This document shows positions 1-8,116 of a stretch of 61,470 nt of DNA, one piece after another (the first letter of the stretch is position 1; each line of letters starts with the position of its first letter). The notes beneath the pieces were generated by a model that saw nothing but the letters and a program-made list of their open reading frames with translations, was not told the origin of the DNA and did not search any database. Made by a program: the position numbers and the translations under genes. Origin of the DNA: Candidatus Binatia bacterium (GTDB taxonomy: Bacteria > Desulfobacterota > Binatia > HRBIN30); assembly GCA_041497995.1 (NCBI GenBank), contig JBGQHM010000001.1, positions 1-61,470 of the forward strand. Reading direction: 5' to 3'.

Positions 1-1
1 C

Positions 2-310
2 AGCCTGGCAGCGTGTCCGCCAGGATGGGGTATCGAACCGGCCGAGTCGGTGGAGGTCGCCAAGCTAGCAGTCGACACCGGGGTGTGGCCGCTCAAAGAA
101 GAGCGCGACGGCGTGGTGGTCCACACCGTCGTACCGCACCGCTTCAAGCCGGTGGAAGAGTACCTGCAGCATCAAGCGCGCTATCGCCACCTGTTCGAGC
201 CGCAGCGGCAGGAGGAGATTCTGCGGCGGCTGCAGACCGACGTGGATCAATACTGGACGCATGTCACGCAGCGGGAGCCTGCTCGTGTCGCTGTCGCCAC
301 CCCAACTTGA
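2..310 (+). CDS. 2-oxoacid (pyruvate):ferredoxin oxidoreductase beta subunit, C-terminal fragment (5' end outside window)
   Basis: The frame is open from base 2. The translation SLAACPPGWGIEPAESVEVAKLAVDTGVWPLKEERDG...FKPVEEYLQHQARYRHL shows the CPxGW motif and the LAV(E/D)TG.(F/W)PL...PVEEYL..Q.R(F/Y).HL tail that I recognise from PorB/KorB-type subunits. Confidence 0.75.
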   Translation, partial: SLAACPPGWGIEPAESVEVAKLAVDTGVWPLKEERDGVVVHTVVPHRFKPVEEYLQHQARYRHLFEPQRQEEILRRLQTDVDQYWTHVTQREPARVAVATPT

Positions 311-331
311 CAATGCACGACGCCGCCCACT

Positions 332-592
332 ATGCCTCGCTTCATGAGCGAGACAGGGTACGTAATGCAGAAGGTCGAGTGGTTCCAATTCCGCGCCCCG
401 GACGGCAAGGCATTCTTTGTGATGGTAGCGAGCTTGCCGAACGGTTTCTTCACAGCCGTGCCGTGTGAGATGCCGGTCGTGCATGCCGACCACAGCCTGA
501 TCGCGCTGGCGGCGACCGTCGATGACGCGCTGGCACAGTTACAGAAAACGTTGGCGGGCAAGACTCACGAGGACATCTTTCCGGCGCAGTGA
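332..592 (+). CDS. hypothetical small protein (86 aa)
   Basis: ATG ORF directly downstream of the oxidoreductase fragment. Its composition is protein-like (MQKVEWFQFRAPDGKAFFVMVASLPNGFF). No family recognised; start uncertain. Confidence 0.45.
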   Translation: MPRFMSETGYVMQKVEWFQFRAPDGKAFFVMVASLPNGFFTAVPCEMPVVHADHSLIALAATVDDALAQLQKTLAGKTHEDIFPAQ

Positions 593-599
593 GCGCGCC

Positions 600-923
600 T
601 TACGTGCTCGCAGCCTTGAGCAGCACGAGCAGCATCACCACCGGCGTCTTGGCCCGCACGCTGTGACGCAGGTGCGCGGGCATGTGCACCCACGCACCCG
701 CCCGCACCTCGATCGTGTCGTCGCCGAGGCCAAGCTGCGCCTCGCCTTGCACGATCTGGAGGATTGCCGGCATCGCCGCCGTGTGCTCGGACAGCTCCTG
801 GCCCGTGCCGAAACCGAACAGCACGACCTTGGCGTGATCACCGTTGTAGATAGTTCGGCTGAGGATGCCGTCAGCCGGGATGTCCTGCGCCGCGAGATCA
901 GCGACGTACGTATAGCTCGACAT
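600..923 (-). CDS. cupin domain protein (107 aa)
   Basis: The ATG at 923 is preceded by AGAAGGAGAAGCACCAC, a strong Shine-Dalgarno. The sequence VVLFGFGTGQELSEHTAAMPAILQIVQGEAQLGLGDD...AGAWVHMPAHLRHSV is a typical cupin_2 beta-barrel signature. Confidence 0.8.
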   Translation of the reverse strand: MSSYTYVADLAAQDIPADGILSRTIYNGDHAKVVLFGFGTGQELSEHTAAMPAILQIVQGEAQLGLGDDTIEVRAGAWVHMPAHLRHSVRAKTPVVMLLVLLKAAST

Positions 924-2075
924 GTGGTGCTTCTCCTTCTGGTTGGTTGGCGGACACCTTTTGGCAGGTCCACGTCGGTAACCCATCTTCGGATTCTTGG
1001 ACCCCTGCGGCTCAACTCTGCTAGAGCGACGCGCGAGGGATTCACCCTCGGCTACGCACCGCGGAATGAGACGTCGATCGAAGCGAAGCGAGCGAATGGA
1101 AGATGGCCCTCGCGCCACGTGCTGTAACCCGGCCGTTCCGAGTAGGAGGATGTCCCCCGCAGGAAAGAAAACATCCTGCCGTTGGCAGTCGACGAGGTAG
1201 GATTTGCGCCGAGGGTTTTCCATTTGCCAGCGCCAATAGTCGACGGCGGTGCGAATCGCTTCCGTTCGTGGAGCACCAGCAGGAAGCACTACACCATAGT
1301 GAAACGTGAGAATCGCTCGACACACCTCATTCAGATCAGCGCGGCTCGAAATCGGCCGCGTCGTGATACTGCTGGGCAACTCCGTCGGCTCCGAGTCATC
1401 AGAACGCTGCGGCGGAGCTCCGTCGCCGCCAAACGCCCCGTAGAGGACGTGGAATACGTCTCGATGCACCCGTTCGTCGCGTAGAATTCGAAGGAGCTTG
1501 AGGTGCAAGGCCAGACTGCGAGGCGATCCGGGTTCATTGCGGCGCAGTGCCGCCAGTAGCGCAACGACTTGTTGGTAGCTTTCAACAGCGGTGACCTCGA
1601 GGGTACGACTGAATTTCAGGAACCCGCCGACATCGAGTCCGGTGACCGCTCGCCCGGCCGCACGCTCGCGGTCGGATCTGGCTCCCAGCTCGAGGAGGAT
1701 CAGCGCGATCGCCTGCGTGAAGGCGTTGGTACCGGCGAGCTGGCCCAGAACGAAACCCTCAAGGCGTCCCCAGCCTTCCTCGAGCATGACCTGCGACCAT
1801 GGGCTCACGGCCGCAAGGAGCGCGCGAATGGCGGTGACATGCGTCTCTTCGTTGGTGCAGATTCCGTTCACCTTGGCGAGCACGCTGCGTACGAGCTGCT
1901 TGGGAAGAGATTGTAGCCGGCTCTCGACGGAGTGCCTTTCGTACAGGCTGGCGACCAGGCCCTCGCGCTCCAGTGCGATATGCAGCCAGGCCGCCAACTC
2001 GCCGCGCGGATCGCCGCGGAACTCAGCGGCAAGCTCTGCCGCTACTGCACGGCTCAGGTCGATGAGCTCTTGCAT
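600..2075 (-). CDS. ferritin-like (diiron-carboxylate type) protein; ORF runs in-frame, without a stop, into the cupin gene
   Basis: The 491-aa ORF starts MQELIDLSRAV. Two ExxH motifs are present (NEETH at residues 76-79, DERVH at 201-204), each preceded by a lone Glu helix (ALEREG, LLELG). This is the E...ExxH x2 pattern of four-helix-bundle diiron proteins. There is no in-frame stop before base 600, so the true 3' end is unresolved. Confidence 0.6.
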   Translation of the reverse strand: MQELIDLSRAVAAELAAEFRGDPRGELAAWLHIALEREGLVASLYERHSVESRLQSLPKQLVRSVLAKVNGICTNEETHVTAIRALLAAVSPWSQVMLEEGWGRLEGFVLGQLAGTNAFTQAIALILLELGARSDRERAAGRAVTGLDVGGFLKFSRTLEVTAVESYQQVVALLAALRRNEPGSPRSLALHLKLLRILRDERVHRDVFHVLYGAFGGDGAPPQRSDDSEPTELPSSITTRPISSRADLNEVCRAILTFHYGVVLPAGAPRTEAIRTAVDYWRWQMENPRRKSYLVDCQRQDVFFPAGDILLLGTAGLQHVARGPSSIRSLRFDRRLIPRCVAEGESLARRSSRVEPQGSKNPKMGYRRGPAKRCPPTNQKEKHHMSSYTYVADLAAQDIPADGILSRTIYNGDHAKVVLFGFGTGQELSEHTAAMPAILQIVQGEAQLGLGDDTIEVRAGAWVHMPAHLRHSVRAKTPVVMLLVLLKAAST

Positions 2076-2974
2076 GGCGGTAGCTCAGTCACCTGCTTGA
2101 CCTCGACGATGCCCCAGAGCATCGAACGGTCGCGTGCCGCGACGTTGGTTGCTGTGGGCGCGGCCGGCTCGGCGAAGCTGCGCAGGACGACGACTGCCTC
2201 GGGAGCGGCGGCATGCCGGACCGCGGCAAAGAGGCGCGCACGGTAGTCGCCGGGTGCGCCATCGAGAATGTTGGTCAATGTGAAGCCCGCGAAACTGGCA
2301 GCGGCGCAGCTTTCGAGATACGCGGCGGCATCGGCACACTCGAAGCGAATCGCCGCGGCCGCCGGCGGTGGAGGCCGATCGACGAGCTCACCTCCAAGCA
2401 GCGCTCGGGCGTAGACGTTCGTCCGGTTGGGATGGGTGGCGACACAACGCTCGAGCCGGGTGCGCATGACACGGCCGAAGCGGTCCGGCAGGAACGCGAG
2501 GAACGGTGCGGCGTACACCGTCCGGAGCCACGTGAGCGACAGCAGCGTGTCGGTCGCGAAACGGAAGCCGCGCGTGTCGAGGTGCCGCCGCCAGAACGCG
2601 ATCTGCTCGGCTGGCTCTTCGAGCGCGAGAAACGCCGCTAGCGTGACGCGGCGCCACCCGCATCGCGCGAGCAGGGTGCGGCCCACGCCGACGACGCGCT
2701 CCGCCGTGCCGAAGCGCATCGGTGCCCCCGCCACTCGCGCCTTGGCGTACTCGAGCTGCACCGGATTGATATCGACTGCGGTCACCGCGTACTGCTCGGC
2801 GAGCCGCATTGCCGTGCAGCCGGCCGAGGCGATGCAGAAGACGTGACTGCCGGGTGCGTGCGCAAACGCCGCGAGCTCGATCGCGGCGTCCTCGTACATC
2901 CGCCCGAATAGGATCTTCCTTGGTCCGCCACGCGTGTCGAAGCGGCCGCTCTCCCAGGGCGTCGCTGGCGTCAC
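2054..2974 (-). CDS. DUF3419 family protein (BtaA-like SAM-dependent 3-amino-3-carboxypropyl transferase family)
   Basis: KILFGRMYEDAAIELAAF...HVFCIASAGCTAMRLA...VTAVDINPVQLEYAK...FTLTNILDGAP is collinear with DUF3419/BtaA proteins. The start is placed at the GTG at 2974, just after the DoxX-like stop; the ATG at 2899 is the alternative. Its 3' end overlaps the next gene's start by 22 nt. Confidence 0.75.
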   Translation of the reverse strand: MTPATPWESGRFDTRGGPRKILFGRMYEDAAIELAAFAHAPGSHVFCIASAGCTAMRLAEQYAVTAVDINPVQLEYAKARVAGAPMRFGTAERVVGVGRTLLARCGWRRVTLAAFLALEEPAEQIAFWRRHLDTRGFRFATDTLLSLTWLRTVYAAPFLAFLPDRFGRVMRTRLERCVATHPNRTNVYARALLGGELVDRPPPPAAAAIRFECADAAAYLESCAAASFAGFTLTNILDGAPGDYRARLFAAVRHAAAPEAVVVLRSFAEPAAPTATNVAARDRSMLWGIVEVKQVTELPPCKSSST

Positions 2975-2982
2975 CGGTACGC

Positions 2983-3351
2983 TCAACTCGCCGACCGACC
3001 GGCGGCCACCCAGACAAGGAGGAGAAACGCGAAGTTCTTCACGAGCATTCCCGGTGGGTCGGGAATCAAATGCCGCGACCACATGATGCCGGCGGTATTG
3101 AGCGACACCAGGAGCGTTGTCTGCACCACGGCGGCCCACAGTGGCTGCCAACCCGTGAGCACCCACACCGCCAGCATGGTTTCCAACACGCCGAGCGCGC
3201 GCAGAAACAGCGCCGCGACGTTCGGGCTGAACAGTGGCGCGGCCTCGACCACCTCGAGCTCGTGGCGGCTGCCTCCGAGCACCTTGCACCACAGGCCCTC
3301 GTACAACCACACAAGCGCGACAGCGACGTCGATCAGTATCAGCGGCGGCAC
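2983..3351 (-). CDS. DoxX-like family membrane protein
   Basis: A 122-aa protein with four hydrophobic segments. It carries VALVWLYEGLWCKVLGG...LGVLETMLAVWVLTGW...PDPPGMLVKNFAFLLLVW, the WLY(Q/E)GLWCK signature of DoxX-like proteins. Confidence 0.7.
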   Translation of the reverse strand: MPPLILIDVAVALVWLYEGLWCKVLGGSRHELEVVEAAPLFSPNVAALFLRALGVLETMLAVWVLTGWQPLWAAVVQTTLLVSLNTAGIMWSRHLIPDPPGMLVKNFAFLLLVWVAAGRSAS

Positions 3352-3428
3352 GGGGCGATCATAGCGAATACTGGGCGCGGATCGAACCGCCTAGGCCGCG
3401 GACGTCTACACCGGGTGTCGGGCGCGGC

Positions 3429-4556
3429 TCAGGTGTTCGCGATGTACTCGACCACCGCGCGCCACACGGCCTCAAACTTCTCCTGGGTGAACTGGCTGCC
3501 CGTTGCCAGCCAGTCGAAGTGCGGTGGGGTGCTCGACGGGTCGGCGAAGTGGCCGATCACGTCGAGGTGATCGGCCTGCGCCGCGTGGATGACGTCGCCC
3601 CACACCTGTGAGCGGGTCGGGACCAGGCCGTCGTTGGCCTGCACCGTCGGGAGGGCACCGTACGCGTGTCGCAGAGCGCGTGCCTGATCGGTAGAGAGCT
3701 GTGCCCGTCGGGCGCGTGGCGCCTGCACCGCGAGCCGGTAGAGGGTGCGATAGATGGCGTGCGTCGCCTGTGCCGACGGATCGAGCCCGGCGGCCAGCGT
3801 CGAGCGCATGCTGGGCGGTTGGGCGCGCGTGATGACCGAGCCGTAGCGGACACCGGAGCGATTGTGCGTCAGTGCGTTGAACAGATCCATCGTCTCGGGG
3901 GTCAGTTGCACGAGCAGGCCTTGATCCTGTGCGACCTCGTGGAACAAACGCTGCACGGCGCGCCGCCGACCGATCGAGAAGTCGTCGAGTAGCTTGCCGA
4001 ACAGCTCGTCGAGTAAGGCGCTGTTGACGCCGAGATTGTCGAGGCGGGCGAGGAGTGCGCCGAGCTGCAACAGGACGGCGATCGGCAAGCGGCCGAAGCG
4101 CAGCACGTAGATCGTGCTCAGCGATAACACCTGGAGCAGCTTCTGGCCGAGCAAGCCTGTGAAGAAGGACGCCACCGGCGTTCCATGGTGCGGCGTCGAC
4201 ACCGTGACGACGGAGCGCACGCAGCCGGTGTACCGCTGCTGCTCCGGCGACGTCGGGAGCCGGACGTCTGGCGCCATCACCAGGCGACAGTCGAGGCCGC
4301 CGCTCGAGTGACCGACGAGATGAATCGGCCCACGCCCGGTGCGCGTCGTTGCGGCGATGGTGTCGAGCAGCCGAGCCGCGCGCATCGGTAACGACGCCGT
4401 GGGGTGCGTCTTCACGACGTGCACGCGCAGGTCGAGACCGCGCGCCGCACCGCACTGCAGGAGGAATGCGCGCACGTGTCCGAAGTACTTCAGCTCACCC
4501 AGATTCGCGAAGCCGAAGAAGCCCGGGACGAGATAGAGGTGATGTGGGGTGCTCAC
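3429..4556 (-). CDS. alpha/beta-hydrolase, triacylglycerol lipase-like
   Basis: N-terminal LYLVPGFFGF...YF and the nucleophile elbow HLVGHSSGG (GxSxG), as in bacterial family I-type lipases/esterases. Confidence 0.8.
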   Translation of the reverse strand: MSTPHHLYLVPGFFGFANLGELKYFGHVRAFLLQCGAARGLDLRVHVVKTHPTASLPMRAARLLDTIAATTRTGRGPIHLVGHSSGGLDCRLVMAPDVRLPTSPEQQRYTGCVRSVVTVSTPHHGTPVASFFTGLLGQKLLQVLSLSTIYVLRFGRLPIAVLLQLGALLARLDNLGVNSALLDELFGKLLDDFSIGRRRAVQRLFHEVAQDQGLLVQLTPETMDLFNALTHNRSGVRYGSVITRAQPPSMRSTLAAGLDPSAQATHAIYRTLYRLAVQAPRARRAQLSTDQARALRHAYGALPTVQANDGLVPTRSQVWGDVIHAAQADHLDVIGHFADPSSTPPHFDWLATGSQFTQEKFEAVWRAVVEYIANT

Positions 4557-4622
4557 AAGGCGGTTGAACGACCGCGCAGCACGTGAGCCGACTGGCTAGC
4601 GGCGCGCCTCACGACGGTGTGC

Positions 4623-5300
4623 CTACATGCCGGTGAAACGGGCTACATACCAGAACGTCATCGCGTAGTGCGCAGCGCTCCCCGCCACCACGCAGACATG
4701 AAACACTTCGTGGTGCGAGAAGACGTGTGGCCACAGACGCGGCCGCTCGGTGACCATGCACACCATACCGACCGTATAGAGAAGGCCACCCACTGCCATC
4801 AGCAGTAACGCCGGGTAGGGAAGCCGGTGGGCCAGCGGCATAAACAGTGGCAGTGCGAGCCAACCCTGGGTGGTCTGTAGGGTGATGGAGAACCAGTCAC
4901 CGATCTTCGGAAGGAACACCTTCTGTAGGATTCCGATCAGAGCAATGCCCCACGCGGCGCCGAGCGCCGTCCACCGCAGCCAGCCGTCGAGGACGATGCA
5001 GGCGAGCGGGGTGCAGGTCCCCGCGACCAAAATGTAAATCATCGAGTGGTCGATGCGTTGCATCCGCTGCTTCCACACACCGCGCCACGGGACGGAGTGA
5101 TAGAGGCTGCTCCCCGTGTACAGCGCGATAAGGCTGACGGCGAAGACGAGCAACGCCATCTGGCGCGGCCGATCGCCCGAGCACTGCTGCCACAGGAGGA
5201 TGGCTCCGAACACCGACGTGACGGCTGCCGTACCATGCAGGAACCCGCGCACGGGGTTCTGCATCTTGCCGAGTGTGAGGCGGTTGCTGTGCTGACGCAT
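4623..5300 (-). CDS. hemolysin III / PAQR family channel protein
   Basis: Seven hydrophobic segments. The motifs HSMIYILVAGTCTP and SHHEVFHVCVVAGSAAHY are typical of the hemolysin III (YqfA/trhA) family. Confidence 0.9.
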   Translation of the reverse strand: MRQHSNRLTLGKMQNPVRGFLHGTAAVTSVFGAILLWQQCSGDRPRQMALLVFAVSLIALYTGSSLYHSVPWRGVWKQRMQRIDHSMIYILVAGTCTPLACIVLDGWLRWTALGAAWGIALIGILQKVFLPKIGDWFSITLQTTQGWLALPLFMPLAHRLPYPALLLMAVGGLLYTVGMVCMVTERPRLWPHVFSHHEVFHVCVVAGSAAHYAMTFWYVARFTGM

Positions 5301-5456
5301 GAACGTCCCTCGACGTTAGAAGAACCAATCAACGAAGGGAAGGGAAATCGTGCATGACGCCGTAACATCAGTCGGAACGGGTGCAGTCGCGGTTCGTGTT
5401 GGCGACTGGCGCATCCGGTGCGACGCGCACCAACTGCACGCCGTAGCGGAACGAAG

Positions 5457-7457
5457 TTATCCCTGTCGATCGCCTGCCCGTTTGCTCCAGTTGAAATCGT
5501 ACCGGAGCCCGGCGAGAAAGTTCACCGGCGGCGCGGGAAATCCGATCGATTCTGAGTAGTCGCGATTGAACAGATTGCGTGCGCTGGCGGTCACTGAGAG
5601 CGGCGAGAGCCGGCCGCCAAGATGATAGATCAGCGCCACGTCGACGCGGGTGTATCCCGCGATCGGTGCGGGGGAAAACGGCTCTTCCATGTCGAACGGG
5701 TTCGGACTGTCGCGGCGTGCCAGCCCGTAGACGACCGTGGTCAGGGTTGCGTGGTCACCCGCGGCCAGCAGGTTGTCCCAATGCGCCGTGGCCGTCGCGG
5801 AGCCACCATGGCGCGGGCGATTGACCAGCGTGCCCGTCGACGTGACAAAGTTCAGATACATGTAGTTCCCCGCCAGCGTGAGCCACTGCGTGGGCTGCAG
5901 CCGTGCGATCAGCTCCACCCCTTGGATGCGCGCGCTCGCCACGTTGCGAGCGCCTTCCTCGTCCGGCACGCCGGCGACCGGTGGCAACTCGTCGGCGATC
6001 TCCTCGATCAAGTTGTGCACCTCTCGGTAGAAGTACGTCGGCTCGAAGCGTAGTCGTCCGCCGAACACGTCTTGAGTGACCCCGGCGTCGATCTCCCAAC
6101 TCGTCTCCGGCTGGAGTGCGGGATTGCCGAGGGTACCAAACAGCTCATCGAACGTCGGGGCTCGAAAGCCTTGGGCATATCCAACGCGCAGCCGCGTTTG
6201 CGTCGGCTGAATGAGGTACGAACCGGAACCCGAGAGGGTGAACTGGTCGCCGAATCCGTCGTAATGATCGTAGCGCATGCCGCCGACGCCACGCAGCGTG
6301 TCGTCGAGCAGTTGCAGCTGCTCCTGCCCGTACACGCCGACGATCGAGCGGTTCGCCCGCATTGGCACCGCGTTCGTGTTGTCCCTCGACTCCGCTGCGT
6401 CTTCCGTACCGGCAGAGAACTTGTCGAACTCTGCCCATTGCTCCTTGTATTCGAGGCCGACGGTGCTGAGCGCAAATTCGGGCCAGCGACAATTTGCCTG
6501 TGTCTCGGCTTGGATCTGCTCGTTGGGGGTATGGTTGACCACCACCGGTTCCACCTCGCCTTCCGCATCGACCATGTCGTCGCGGTAGCGTGGGTTGTCG
6601 CGCACGAATGACACCGCGGTGCGATAGTTGAAGATGTCCGTTGGCGCATGCTCCCACTCGCCTTTGGTGAGAAAGAAGTTGTCGCGCGCGTAGGCGTCAG
6701 GATCGAGCCGGTTCTGGAAGACATTGAAGTTCACCAGGCCTGCACGGGACTCGCTGTAGCGGAGAAACGCACGCAATGTGCCCGTCGGCAGGATATCGAG
6801 GTCGCTGCGCCAGACGGTGGAAAAGTTCCGGTAGTCGTCGTTCGGGGATTGGAAGCCATCGCTGGCGAGATACGACGCCGTGCCGGACAGCGCTAAGGGG
6901 CCGTGTGCGCCGTTGATGCCGACGCTCTCATGGTGCGTGGCCGCGCTGCCCGCCTCGCCGCTGCTCAGGAGATGGAACGGGCCTTCGCCGCGCTGCGTGA
7001 GGACGTTCACCACACCGCCGATTGCCTCGGAGCCGTACAGCGTACCGCCAGCGCCGCGAAGAACCTCGATGCGGTTGAGATTGTCGGTCGTCAGGTTAGC
7101 AAAGTCGAATTGCCCGACGGTCGGCGTGTTGACTTCGACGCCGTCGAGCAAGACGAGCACCTGGTCGGGATTCGACCCACGGATGGTCGCGAACGCGGTC
7201 TGGCCGGCCGAGCCGAACTGAGTGACGTCCATTCCGGGCGCGCCGCGCAGCGCATCGCCCACCATCGCTTGGTCACGCTGGCTGATTTCGTCGTGGCTGA
7301 TGACCGAGACGGAGGCCGTGGAATCCTCGGCGCGCGTCTGGGTGCGCGTCGCCGTCACCACGACTTCGGGCAGTTGCGTCGTCGGCTCCTCCGCGCCTGT
7401 CGGAATTGCTCGCACCAACATCCAGGACAGGACTCCCCACTTCAATTGTCTCCGCAC
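5457..7457 (-). CDS. TonB-dependent outer-membrane receptor
   Basis: Signal peptide, TonB box/plug (LPEVVVTATRTQT...SVSVISHDEI...D.L...PG), IEVLRGAGGTLYGSEAIGGVVNV, and a long beta-barrel ending ...GLRYDF. Confidence 0.9.
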   Translation of the reverse strand: MRRQLKWGVLSWMLVRAIPTGAEEPTTQLPEVVVTATRTQTRAEDSTASVSVISHDEISQRDQAMVGDALRGAPGMDVTQFGSAGQTAFATIRGSNPDQVLVLLDGVEVNTPTVGQFDFANLTTDNLNRIEVLRGAGGTLYGSEAIGGVVNVLTQRGEGPFHLLSSGEAGSAATHHESVGINGAHGPLALSGTASYLASDGFQSPNDDYRNFSTVWRSDLDILPTGTLRAFLRYSESRAGLVNFNVFQNRLDPDAYARDNFFLTKGEWEHAPTDIFNYRTAVSFVRDNPRYRDDMVDAEGEVEPVVVNHTPNEQIQAETQANCRWPEFALSTVGLEYKEQWAEFDKFSAGTEDAAESRDNTNAVPMRANRSIVGVYGQEQLQLLDDTLRGVGGMRYDHYDGFGDQFTLSGSGSYLIQPTQTRLRVGYAQGFRAPTFDELFGTLGNPALQPETSWEIDAGVTQDVFGGRLRFEPTYFYREVHNLIEEIADELPPVAGVPDEEGARNVASARIQGVELIARLQPTQWLTLAGNYMYLNFVTSTGTLVNRPRHGGSATATAHWDNLLAAGDHATLTTVVYGLARRDSPNPFDMEEPFSPAPIAGYTRVDVALIYHLGGRLSPLSVTASARNLFNRDYSESIGFPAPPVNFLAGLRYDFNWSKRAGDRQG

Positions 7458-7552
7458 ACCCGTTCCCCATTGTTCCCGCCACCTCCGAGAATGAGCGCGC
7501 CCGCGCCTGAACCCGGCGGCATGACACTTCCGCGGAGTCTACTACCGACGGG

Positions 7553-8056
7553 TCAGCGACTGCGCGCTGGATTAATTCTCACCACCCTGAGGGCTGCTCT
7601 CACTTCGGGGTCCCTGAGGAGCTGCTCGGCCTGAGCAAGGGCCTGTTTGATGTCCGCATCATTGGCAAACTCGGCTTGGGCGGTGCGGATAGTCGAAGCG
7701 GCACCACTGACATCCCCGGCCTGTAGGCGCGTGCGTGCTGAGGTGCACGCCGCATCGTTGTCCGCCAGGACGCGGGCGATTGAATCGACCGTCTTTGGTG
7801 AAAGCAGGTGGATACTTTGTAACGTGTCCACCACGATGCGCGTGCCCCGCGTGGCCATCTCCAAGGCGCCGATTTCGTCGGTCACCATTTGCGCCGTCGG
7901 CCCACTTGGTCGAATGCTCTGCATTGCGGAACAGCCTGCGACGAGCGTCTCCCCTACGCAACACAGGCAGAGGACCAAGACCACACCGACTACGTCTCGC
8001 CTGTGTGTCGTCCTACAAGGTCGGAGCACGCTGCAGTTCCTCGTCGTAGCGCCCAT
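7553..8056 (-). CDS. hypothetical lipoprotein
   Basis: Hydrophobic leader with the lipobox LVAGC, followed by an Ala-rich helical body. It lies upstream of and co-oriented with the TonB receptor. Start uncertain. Confidence 0.5.
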   Translation of the reverse strand: MGATTRNCSVLRPCRTTHRRDVVGVVLVLCLCCVGETLVAGCSAMQSIRPSGPTAQMVTDEIGALEMATRGTRIVVDTLQSIHLLSPKTVDSIARVLADNDAACTSARTRLQAGDVSGAASTIRTAQAEFANDADIKQALAQAEQLLRDPEVRAALRVVRINPARSR

Positions 8057-8116
8057 GAGTTGAGGCGATGGCTGCGCGACTTATTGGCTCGTGTGGTCGC
8101 CGCGTGCCAGCCCAGC

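Noticed and set aside
3361-3430. tRNA-like T-loop (GGTTCGATCC on the minus strand) in the DoxX-lipase spacer.
   Set aside because: The flanking bases do not form a 5-bp T-stem (GGCGG versus CGCGC). No acceptor stem or anticodon arm could be drawn.
7458-7552. Cobalamin riboswitch upstream of the TonB-dependent receptor; GGGAACGGGTG resembles part of the B12 element core.
   Set aside because: Only about 95 nt are available and there is no B12 box (GCCACTG-like). The partial match runs into the start codon.
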